From Formosa sp. Hel1_33_131 (lineage in GTDB: Bacteria; Bacteroidota; Bacteroidia; Flavobacteriales; Flavobacteriaceae): a stretch of 32,000 nt of DNA. The notes beneath the pieces are model-generated. The model did no database searches, was not told where the DNA came from, and was given only the letters and a program-made list of their open reading frames with translations. Position 1 is the stretch's first letter, and every line of letters begins with the position of its first letter. A program made the translations under genes and the position numbers. This document shows, piece after piece, positions 8,407-16,142 of this stretch. Location: contig NZ_CP017260.1 of the NCBI RefSeq assembly GCF_001735745.1, forward strand, positions 930,001-962,000. The letters run 5' to 3'.

Positions 8407-10470
8407 CTATTTTTTGAATAAAGGTTTCTTGAAAAGGTACCATTTAAACCTCAAACCAATTTCCGTAAATTTAAAACCTGCAGCAGACGCAGAAGCTATG
8501 TTACTCTGCAGCCCGTAAATGTTTAGAGCACTTCTTTCCTTAAATTTATATCCTAATTTTCCTTGAATTCTATAGGTACTTTGTTTTTGATCATCTTCTA
8601 TAAATTGATACCCAGTTGCTGCCGTTAATTCATAAAACCATTCATTATTTTTTGCAATATTTTCATCTTTTATTAGATTCACAAAAACTTCAACGGCATT
8701 AAATTTACGAGGACTAAAATAAATGGTAGGCACTGTCTTTTTAAAAGATATATTCTGGTAATTAAATCCTGCTTTTAATGACGGCTTATCTAAAATGCTG
8801 TAGTACAATGATGTAAATAGTAGGTTTCGTGTATTGTCATCATTTTGAAACGTGTAATAATATTGGGTAAACCATCCCAACCTAAAGTTAGTGTTTAAGC
8901 TGTAATTCACTAAAAAATTATTCTGTACAATTTCTCTATCTAACAGCTCCGCATTAAAATTTTGCAATTCTCTTTTATATCCCAATTCTAAATTCTGAAG
9001 TTTAAACGGCTTAATCTTCAAAGAAAAATCGGCTAATAGTTGGCTGTAATTTATTGTTTCTGTGTTTGATGAAGTGATGCCTAAACACCCTTTAAACGTC
9101 AAATTATTTAAGATTTGATAGAATATTCCCGCTAAAAAATTATTAGATTTAGCACTCATATTCGTAACCGAATTAGCGGTTGTTCTGTAATTATAGCTTG
9201 CTAATAGCTTAAGTTTAGTTGTAAAGGAAAATTCAGAATTAGCAGTATAAGAATAGGCTTCATTATTGCCATTATCAAAAGAGTACGAGGCTTTAGTTTC
9301 TATAAAAGGCGTGAAATGTCTATCTAAACTTTTAATGAAATTAGTCGCATCTTTTTGATTCTTATAAAAATTTAAGGTGTTTTTTGCACTCTTATAAGCC
9401 GCATCATAATAGCCAGAAGCTTTAAGTGCATTCGCTTTACCAAGGTTTCCATCAAAAGAAGTACTGTCGTTTTTTAAGATTAAATTATAATCAGAAATAC
9501 TTTTTTTAAAATCGCTTTTGTAAATGTTCAATGTCGCTCTTAACGCTAAAATCCAATTTTCTAAGTTTTTATTTTTCAACACTAAGTCATCAATCTCCTT
9601 TTCTGCCAAGGAATACTTCTTGTTCCAAATCAATGCTTGAATGTATCTTTCTGTCGTTTGGTTTTTTAAAGAAACATCCGTTTGCTCTGTGAGACTGTCA
9701 AACGCCGTTTGACTCACAACTAAAGCGGCTTTGTCATTACTTTTTAAATGTTCGGCGAGTGCAATTCCGTTTAACGATATGAATCGATTTGCGGGCGTGT
9801 CTCCTATAATTTCATAAATCTCTTTTGCCCTATCCATTTGATTTGAGATTAAATACAGATTTGCAAGATTCAATAACGTTTCTTTATCATTTGTAAAGTC
9901 CTCAAAATTTTCTTTCAATAGGGTTTCTGCTTCCAAATAATTTTGAAGCTTCATTTTATCGTTTGCCAATCCTAAACGCATATATTTTTTGGAAATCAAA
10001 GCATTTTTGTTTTTGGGCAACACAATTAGTGCTTTATCAACATAAATAATAGCATTCTCAAACTCTTTAAGATTAGACAACGTATTTGCATACCCTAAAA
10101 GCGCAGGGAAACTTGTGTCGTTTTCTTTTAGTAAATTTTGATAATAGCCTTTTGCGGAAGTATAATCTTTATTCCAAAGCAGCGCTTCTGCATAATTTAA
10201 TTTGACTTCAAAATCTGTTGGAAAATCATCTAAAAGAGCAGTGAATAAACGTACAGCTTTTTTTGAATCGCCATTTAAGCCAATCGCTCTCCCATAACAA
10301 AGACGTGCTGTTTTGTTGCTCGGATAGGTCTGTAATACTGTTTCAAAAAAGGTTTCTGCTAGTTTGAACTTACCGGTTTCTAAATAAGCGAAGCCCGTTT
10401 TCATTTCTTGAGAAACGCCACAAAAACTAATAAAGAAAGCGATTAGTAATGTACTATATTTTAATTTCAT
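8407..10470 (-). CDS. Outer-membrane protein: N-terminal TPR array plus C-terminal beta-barrel (PelB/PgaA/BcsC-like architecture)
   Basis: 687 aa with signal peptide MKLKYSTLLIAFFISFCGVSQE. About 370 aa of TPR-like helical repeats (FAYLETGKFKLAETFFETVLQTYPSN.., AEALLWNKDYTSAKGYYQNLLKEND.., YANTLSNLKEFENAIIYVDKAL..). The last ~290 aa have short alternating-hydrophobic strands rich in Y/N/S/T (ASYSFDNGNNEAYSYTANSEFSF.., LGYKRELQNFNAEL.., FTEIGLRFKWYLF). Confidence 0.7.
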   Translation of the reverse strand: MKLKYSTLLIAFFISFCGVSQEMKTGFAYLETGKFKLAETFFETVLQTYPSNKTARLCYGRAIGLNGDSKKAVRLFTALLDDFPTDFEVKLNYAEALLWNKDYTSAKGYYQNLLKENDTSFPALLGYANTLSNLKEFENAIIYVDKALIVLPKNKNALISKKYMRLGLANDKMKLQNYLEAETLLKENFEDFTNDKETLLNLANLYLISNQMDRAKEIYEIIGDTPANRFISLNGIALAEHLKSNDKAALVVSQTAFDSLTEQTDVSLKNQTTERYIQALIWNKKYSLAEKEIDDLVLKNKNLENWILALRATLNIYKSDFKKSISDYNLILKNDSTSFDGNLGKANALKASGYYDAAYKSAKNTLNFYKNQKDATNFIKSLDRHFTPFIETKASYSFDNGNNEAYSYTANSEFSFTTKLKLLASYNYRTTANSVTNMSAKSNNFLAGIFYQILNNLTFKGCLGITSSNTETINYSQLLADFSLKIKPFKLQNLELGYKRELQNFNAELLDREIVQNNFLVNYSLNTNFRLGWFTQYYYTFQNDDNTRNLLFTSLYYSILDKPSLKAGFNYQNISFKKTVPTIYFSPRKFNAVEVFVNLIKDENIAKNNEWFYELTAATGYQFIEDDQKQSTYRIQGKLGYKFKERSALNIYGLQSNIASASAAGFKFTEIGLRFKWYLFKKPLFKK

Positions 10471-10593
10471 TTGTAATTTTTTATCTACAGTAAGTTAAGC
10501 ATTAGCTATTAATGATTGACCGAAACAAAACGACCTTTCAACGATAATAGAGCTCTATTGGAAGTTATTAAGAAGATATTTACGCCACTATTA

Positions 10594-10902
10594 ATGATGA
10601 ATAAATTAATTATGACGTTACAAATTTTTGAAAAAAATGAGATATTTTATTTAAACGGAAGATTAAACAGGTCAACGTTAAAATCTTTCATCTCTTATTT
10701 TGAATACAATTTATCTCGAAATAAAAATGTAATCATAAATATTGATAACGTCATTGAAATTGATAAAAGTGGTCTAGAAGCCATGCGCAATTTTGCAAAG
10801 GTTGCAATCTTAAAACAAAAAGTATTTTCTATTGTTGGAAATGGTTGTAAAGAAATCTATGACGATTTTAAACAAACCAACCTTGCAGAATTAGCGCGTT
10901 GA
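10594..10902 (+). CDS. STAS-domain protein (anti-sigma-factor-antagonist/SpoIIAA-like)
   Basis: The track ORF starts at TTG 10516. I prefer ATG 10594 (MMNKLIMTLQIFEKNEIFYLNGRL..) or ATG 10612. The STAS pattern is VIINIDNVIEIDKSGLEAMRNF, with the DxSG Ser in the position phosphorylated in SpoIIAA. The MOP transporter gene starts 11 nt downstream. Confidence 0.6.
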   Translation: MMNKLIMTLQIFEKNEIFYLNGRLNRSTLKSFISYFEYNLSRNKNVIINIDNVIEIDKSGLEAMRNFAKVAILKQKVFSIVGNGCKEIYDDFKQTNLAELAR

Positions 10903-10913
10903 AAATCTAAATT

Positions 10914-12188
10914 ATGATTGCAAAACCCATCCCCTTTAAAGATAAATTCTCTACGGAGCAACTATTTATGATGAGTGCAATGCTTGTCAATGGGGGTAAT
11001 TATTTATATAATTTAGTGTTAGGCAGATTTCTAGGTCCCGAGAAATTTGCAGATGCGGCAATTCTAATCACCTTACTATTAGTGTTGTCTTTTGCTGCAA
11101 TGACATTTCAATTGGTCACTGCAAAATTTTCAGTGATTTTTGAGAATTCAGTGCTTCAATCGTTTATAGCAACTATTTACAAAAGTGCTACTGTTGTTGG
11201 CGTTGTTTTAGGAATCACAATTGTTTTGGTATCCTCAGAGTTACAAGAATTTTTCAAAACAACATCATCTAGTATGTTTGTTGTTTTTGGAATTGGCATT
11301 CCTTTTTACTTCTTAATGAGTGTGAATCGGGGCGTTTTTCAAGGTCAAAAAGAATGGATTCCTTTATCTGCGACCTATCAATTAGAAATGATGAGTCGGT
11401 TAGCAATTACTTTTGGATTGCTATGCCTTTTTGAAGTGGATTCGTCACTATTAATTGCCATTGGAATTATATGCTCATTTATCGTTGGTCTACTTCCATT
11501 TGAGTTTAACCCCCCCCCCTTTTTTAATCGTATCAAATTAAAGAAATCAGAAACCAAAATGGTACGTAATTTTTTTATAATTACGGCGTTTTATGAGGTC
11601 ACACTTATTGTCATTAACAACAGTGACATCTTATTAGTGAAACATTATTTCGAACCTTATGAAGCAGGCTTATATGCATCCTTAGCATTGATTGGTAGAG
11701 TCGTGTATTTTATAGCTTGGATGTTTGTCATGTTGTTATTACCAACCGTCGTGCAACTAAAAAAACAGGGCATATCTACAAGACCTATTTTATTTAAATA
11801 CGTTATTTATATTATTATAATTGCAGCCTCTATTGTTTTAGCGTGCTACTTGTTTCCGAATCAAATTATCAATATCTTATTTGGAAACGAGTATGTAGGG
11901 ATTGCTTCTTTATTGTGGAAGTATGCTTTCGCAACAGGTGTTTTTGCGGTCTCAAATATTTTCGCCTACTATTATTTATCTCTAGACAAGTATATTCCCG
12001 TAATCTTTTCGGGGGTTTTTGGTGTGTTACAGATAGCTTTAATCATACAATTTCATGCGTCTTTAGAGCAAATTGTTCATCTTCAAATTTTTGCGATGAT
12101 TTTACTGTTAGGAGTACAGATAACCTTCTTTATTTTAAACGATATGATCTCTAAAAATAAGAGCCTGAAGAATCTTTCTCACCATTAA
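10914..12188 (+). CDS. MOP-superfamily polysaccharide transporter / flippase-like membrane protein (Wzx/PelG-like)
   Basis: 424 aa and highly hydrophobic, about 12 predicted TM segments in two halves. The N-terminal block FMMSAMLVNGGNYLYNLVLGRFLGPEKFADAAIL is typical of polysaccharide-biosynthesis (PST/Wzx) proteins. Confidence 0.75.
   Translation: MIAKPIPFKDKFSTEQLFMMSAMLVNGGNYLYNLVLGRFLGPEKFADAAILITLLLVLSFAAMTFQLVTAKFSVIFENSVLQSFIATIYKSATVVGVVLGITIVLVSSELQEFFKTTSSSMFVVFGIGIPFYFLMSVNRGVFQGQKEWIPLSATYQLEMMSRLAITFGLLCLFEVDSSLLIAIGIICSFIVGLLPFEFNPPPFFNRIKLKKSETKMVRNFFIITAFYEVTLIVINNSDILLVKHYFEPYEAGLYASLALIGRVVYFIAWMFVMLLLPTVVQLKKQGISTRPILFKYVIYIIIIAASIVLACYLFPNQIINILFGNEYVGIASLLWKYAFATGVFAVSNIFAYYYLSLDKYIPVIFSGVFGVLQIALIIQFHASLEQIVHLQIFAMILLLGVQITFFILNDMISKNKSLKNLSHH
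11510..11525 (+). repeat. Homopolymeric C10 followed by T6 inside the MOP transporter CDS (candidate slipped-strand phase-variation tract)
   Basis: Read directly as aaC CCC CCC CCC TTT TTT, encoding N-P-P-P-F-F. It is by far the longest G/C run I found by eye in the window; the next longest were C6 runs. Confidence 0.9.
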
Positions 12189-12208
12189 GCAATAGAGACA
12201 CATGAATC

Positions 12209-12227
12209 ATCTATAACTAAATCTCGA
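12209..12227 (+). promoter_or_regulatory. Conserved 19-nt element, copy 1 (atcTATAACTAAATCTCga), 12 nt upstream of the GT-B gene start
   Basis: 17/19 identity with 19413..19431, including a 12-nt perfect core ATAACTAAATCT. Function unknown. Confidence 0.3.
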
Positions 12228-12238
12228 CACCAAAAAAA

Positions 12239-13426
12239 ATGAAACTAGCAATCGTCACTGCATATCCCCCAAGTAAAGTCACATTAAACGAATATGCATT
12301 TCATTTAGTAAAAAGCTTTAGACAAAACAAAAAAGTAACTGAATTAATTTTACTAACCGATGAAACTCCAGGGAAAAAAGAAATTTATTTCACAGAAGAT
12401 GGATGTGAAGTTACGGTAAAAGAGTGTTGGAAATTTAATAGCTATTCGATTGTTTATAATGTGGCCAAAGCCATCCATAACACAAAACCAGACGCCGTAT
12501 TATTTAACTTACAATTCATGAAGTTCGGCGATAAAAAAATTGCAGCAGCACTAGGCTTAACCCTCCCTTTAATTTGTAGAATAAAACACGTTCCAACAAT
12601 CGTATTACTTCACAATATTTTAGAACAAACAGACTTAGAAAATGCTGGTTTTGCCTCAAACAAACTTTTGCAAATAGTCTATACGTTTATAGGAACGTGT
12701 TTAACAAAACTAATTTTAAAAGCCGATCTCGTTGTGGTTACTATGGAGAAGTACGCGGCCAATTTAAAAGAAAAATATAAAGTAACTAATGTAAAAATGA
12801 TCCCTCATGGTACCTTTGAAACTCCAAGGAAACCATCACATAAACTTCAAAATGGCACTCTAAAAGTAATGACTTTTGGGAAATTCGGAACCTACAAAAA
12901 AGTGGAATCACTGATTGAAGCTGTGGAAAAGGTTAGAGACTATTCTGGATTGGATTTAGAAGTTGTAATTGCGGGTACAGACAACCCAAATGTGGTGGGC
13001 TATTTGGCTAACGTAAAAGAAAAATACAAACATATCTCTCAAATCACTTTTACGGGCTATGTGGAGGAAAACCAAGTAGAAAGATTATTTAATGAAAGTG
13101 CAGTCGTAGTGTTTCCCTATACCTCTACCTCCGGAAGTTCGGGTGTTTTACACCAAGCTGGAAGTTATGGCAAAGCTGTAATCATGCCCAATTTGGGTGA
13201 TTTAGCAACTCTAATCGAAGAGGAGGGTTACAGAGGTGAATTTTTTAAACCAGAAAGTGTAGATAGTTTAGCAACTGCAATTGAAACCGTTGTAACAAAT
13301 GATGCGTACAGAGTCGCGTTGGGGAATGCAAACTACAAGGCCGCTACGGCGTTTCCAATGGAAAGAATTACGAATCTTTATATAAATGAATTTCAAACTA
13401 TCATCGATGAAAAACACATTTCATAA
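12239..13426 (+). CDS. GT-B fold glycosyltransferase (group 1 / GT4-like, PelF-like position)
   Basis: 395 aa, soluble. The N-terminus MKLAIVTAYPPSK.. and overall layout are typical of group-1 transferases. The C-terminal donor-binding region is VVVFPYTSTSGSSGVLHQAGSYGKAVIMPNLGDLATLIEEEG. The usual E-x7-E acidic pair appears replaced (S..Q), so the family assignment is approximate. Confidence 0.7.
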   Translation: MKLAIVTAYPPSKVTLNEYAFHLVKSFRQNKKVTELILLTDETPGKKEIYFTEDGCEVTVKECWKFNSYSIVYNVAKAIHNTKPDAVLFNLQFMKFGDKKIAAALGLTLPLICRIKHVPTIVLLHNILEQTDLENAGFASNKLLQIVYTFIGTCLTKLILKADLVVVTMEKYAANLKEKYKVTNVKMIPHGTFETPRKPSHKLQNGTLKVMTFGKFGTYKKVESLIEAVEKVRDYSGLDLEVVIAGTDNPNVVGYLANVKEKYKHISQITFTGYVEENQVERLFNESAVVVFPYTSTSGSSGVLHQAGSYGKAVIMPNLGDLATLIEEEGYRGEFFKPESVDSLATAIETVVTNDAYRVALGNANYKAATAFPMERITNLYINEFQTIIDEKHIS

Positions 13427-13434
13427 CCCTTCCT

Positions 13435-14949
13435 TTATTTAGAAATATACTCGAAAGCAGGTTTTTTAACTCCTTTGCTATTGATAAACCCAAACTCTTT
13501 TTGGGGGTTGACTCGCCACGGGAGCACCCCAACAACTTCTTTTGGGATTGTATCAAAATCATACAAGGTCCAAGACATAAAAGAGAGGTTCTTTTTTGTA
13601 AGGATTTTTTGCATTTCTTTATAATAGCCTGCTTGAATTTTTTCAGAATTACCGAAAGGTTTCCATGCACCGCTATAAGAAGAAACCCCAAACTCCCCTA
13701 AAACAATAGGTTTGTTGGGAATTAATTTTTTTAAAAATTCGTATTTTTCTTCAAACTCATGGACATCCTCATAATAATGAAAGGACACAAAATCTAAGTT
13801 ATCTTTTAAAATTTCTGCACTCTTAATATTAGACCACCCAATTGTAACTGCATGGTTTTTATCAATAGATTTTATAAGAATAATAAGATGTTCTAACCAA
13901 GAAATAACCAGTTCCTTCCCTCTAGACTCAAAGTCTAAATTGGGTTCGTTTTTAACGTCCCAAGCGAGGATGGCCTTGTGATCTTTAAATTTGGATACAA
14001 TAATTTCTGCGTGTCTGTGATTTAAAGTCCAATCTAAAACATCATAATCTCCATAAAAATCAAACAAGGTGACGACAACTTTTAAGTTGCTTTTTTCAGC
14101 AGCATCTAAGACTTGTTTTAGTTTGTTCAACTTTGGCTCTTTGACCTTCGCTTTTCCAAAATCTTTATAAGGAACAAAGATTCTAATCGTGTTTAGGCCC
14201 GCTTTCATAATAATTTCAAAATCTTTCTCGATGATAGTAAGATCGAAATTTTCACCAAACATATCCCAAGGAGTGGCTTGTGGATAGTAATTAATCCCTT
14301 TAATGTTCGAGGAACCTAAAAGAGATGGAAGAGTCGTTTTATCAAATTCCGAGGTACGTTCTTTTACCAAATGTCTGATCCGCCAAAAACCGTCCTCTAA
14401 CAAAAAGAGGCCTTTATAGTCAGATGTTTCTGTAGTTTCAATGACGAATGCATTGTCTTTAATAAACTTCTTGTATTCAATAACATTTTTGTCTTCCAAA
14501 ACAAGCAACTGTCCATCTTCACTAAAAAATAATATATCTGGATTGTGTGCTAAGGTGGTACTCTCTATCGCTATGTTTTCCTCTTTATTATGTTCTATAA
14601 AATTGAATAGATTTTTTCTAGCACTTTTGGTATAAAAATCATCAATCCCATTTTTTAAATTGGTTTTGTTGGCAATATGTTTTACATACCATGCATCTAA
14701 ATAATCATTTTCAATGCTGCTTAATGTTTGTGGATCCATATATCGACCTTCATTACCGTCATCTTTCCAACTGATTTTTGGTGTATATTGATCTATTTTT
14801 TTTACTTCTGTATGCAACATTGAACTTCGATCTGCACCCGTATTAAAGTAACTAAACAGAGAGCTTATTAAGAAAATTAATATAGAAATTATCACAAGAT
14901 ATGAGATAATTAACACACTTCTCAAAATAATTTTGTTTGTATTTACCAT
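13435..14949 (-). CDS. Membrane-anchored glycoside hydrolase, GH5-like (clan GH-A TIM barrel)
   Basis: 504 aa with an N-terminal TM anchor (SVLIISYLVIISILIFLISSLF) and a ~190-aa linker domain. The GH-A signature residues follow in order: GLNTIRIFV (Arg), ILAWDVKNEPN (acid/base NEP), VSFHYYED (His-x-Tyr), PIVLGEFGVSS (nucleophile Glu) and MSWTLYDF (Trp). The start overlaps the stop of the upstream gene (ATGGTAA). Confidence 0.75.
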   Translation of the reverse strand: MVNTNKIILRSVLIISYLVIISILIFLISSLFSYFNTGADRSSMLHTEVKKIDQYTPKISWKDDGNEGRYMDPQTLSSIENDYLDAWYVKHIANKTNLKNGIDDFYTKSARKNLFNFIEHNKEENIAIESTTLAHNPDILFFSEDGQLLVLEDKNVIEYKKFIKDNAFVIETTETSDYKGLFLLEDGFWRIRHLVKERTSEFDKTTLPSLLGSSNIKGINYYPQATPWDMFGENFDLTIIEKDFEIIMKAGLNTIRIFVPYKDFGKAKVKEPKLNKLKQVLDAAEKSNLKVVVTLFDFYGDYDVLDWTLNHRHAEIIVSKFKDHKAILAWDVKNEPNLDFESRGKELVISWLEHLIILIKSIDKNHAVTIGWSNIKSAEILKDNLDFVSFHYYEDVHEFEEKYEFLKKLIPNKPIVLGEFGVSSYSGAWKPFGNSEKIQAGYYKEMQKILTKKNLSFMSWTLYDFDTIPKEVVGVLPWRVNPQKEFGFINSKGVKKPAFEYISK

Positions 14950-16142
14950 AGTTTTTTAGTTTTAAATGTTTGTGTAATTCCTGCCGCTGTAACTTCTAAA
15001 TTGTAGTTGCCATTTTCATAAATATTAGGGTCTAAATCAAAAGTTACAAACCCATCATTTGTCGTTTTAAAAATGTTATTTACAAACGCCCCTTCTTTAT
15101 AGATTGATAACGTAACGCGCAGGCCGTCAGGAATCCTTTGATTCATAAAACTTTTTAAGGGACCTACCTTTAGTACTCTATTTGTGTCTGAAAAATGCAC
15201 GTCAAATGTTTCGATTACTTTTGTGTAACTAATTTCCAGGGGATTGCTTTCAGAGATGCCCGCTATATAGGCTTTGATTCTCCAATTTTCTTGATGATCT
15301 GGGTGAATCATTTTTGCGTTTGCAATACCGTTTATGGTAGTTCCAGATGTTTTTAGAATATTTCCTTTTTTGTTTGTGATAAAAAAGGTGACAAAAGTCC
15401 CATCGCTTACAATATTATTATTCTTGTCTTTTATAATTGAGGTAGTAAACGTTGTGATTTGATTTCCATCTGCATACGCGTGGTTACGTTTTGAAAAAAT
15501 ATCAAAATTTGTGCCAATTGCGGGCATTATATTTACGTCGTATTCTTTTGAATTTAATCCTAAAGATTCCGCAGAAAGGATCATTCTTCCACTTTTTAGG
15601 GGAGAAAAAATAGTTTGGTATGCTATTAAATTGTTGGTAAAAATGTTGGTTTCTTTTTCTGATGTCATAAATTGATGTTTGATACCAACTTTTGTGTATT
15701 GTTTTAGAGGGTTGTCAAAATCATCTGTAGGAATCACAACGAGCATCGTAAAATCGGTTCCACCAGCTTCAATACTCGGAGGCCCAATATAGGATTCTAA
15801 TAAAACTGGTTTCGCTTTGGGTACAATTTTAAATTTACCAGAAATTGATTCTTTTAAACCTACAATTTTCCACCCCACAACACCTGTTTTATCACTAATA
15901 TATTTTGGAATTTTGAAAACTAACGTGTCCTTATTAATTTCAGAATTAAGCAATGTACTTCCATAGCTATTTGTACAATACAATTGATACTTTCTAGCAT
16001 TGCGAGTCTTAAATTCCAACAGGATTGTACTTCCAGCCACAAATTGTTTTTCTTGAGTTAAAAGTGCCAACGCATTTTGAGCGTTCATAGAATGCATTGC
16101 TAACAAGTAAATAAGAAGAAAAAAGTTGTTTTTTATATTCAT
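14943..16142 (-). CDS. Secreted/periplasmic protein with bacterial Ig-like (Big_1-type) repeats
   Basis: 399 aa with signal peptide MNIKNNFFLLIYLLAMHSMNAQNA. The Ig-like repeat pattern is ADGNQITTFTTSIIKDKNNNIVSDGTFVTFFITNKKGNIL..TINGIANAKM. Sandwiched by overlapping stop/start codons between the 1029-aa membrane protein and the GH5-like gene. Confidence 0.6.
   Translation of the reverse strand: MNIKNNFFLLIYLLAMHSMNAQNALALLTQEKQFVAGSTILLEFKTRNARKYQLYCTNSYGSTLLNSEINKDTLVFKIPKYISDKTGVVGWKIVGLKESISGKFKIVPKAKPVLLESYIGPPSIEAGGTDFTMLVVIPTDDFDNPLKQYTKVGIKHQFMTSEKETNIFTNNLIAYQTIFSPLKSGRMILSAESLGLNSKEYDVNIMPAIGTNFDIFSKRNHAYADGNQITTFTTSIIKDKNNNIVSDGTFVTFFITNKKGNILKTSGTTINGIANAKMIHPDHQENWRIKAYIAGISESNPLEISYTKVIETFDVHFSDTNRVLKVGPLKSFMNQRIPDGLRVTLSIYKEGAFVNNIFKTTNDGFVTFDLDPNIYENGNYNLEVTAAGITQTFKTKKLW

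Noticed and set aside
8407-10470. Interpreting the TPR+barrel protein as a Slam-like surface-lipoprotein translocator (TPR + DUF560 barrel)
   Set aside because: The architecture is superficially similar. However, the protein sits in a glycan gene cluster, not next to a substrate lipoprotein, and has a much longer TPR array. I kept the EPS-porin interpretation but cannot exclude the alternative without profile searches.
11843-12154. Alternative-frame ORF 11843..12154 (+) inside the MOP transporter gene
   Set aside because: I considered it as a frameshift continuation linked to the C10 tract. It starts more than 300 nt downstream of the tract, and both the +1 and -1 tract variants hit stops within 11 codons. 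It is therefore not a phase-variant product.
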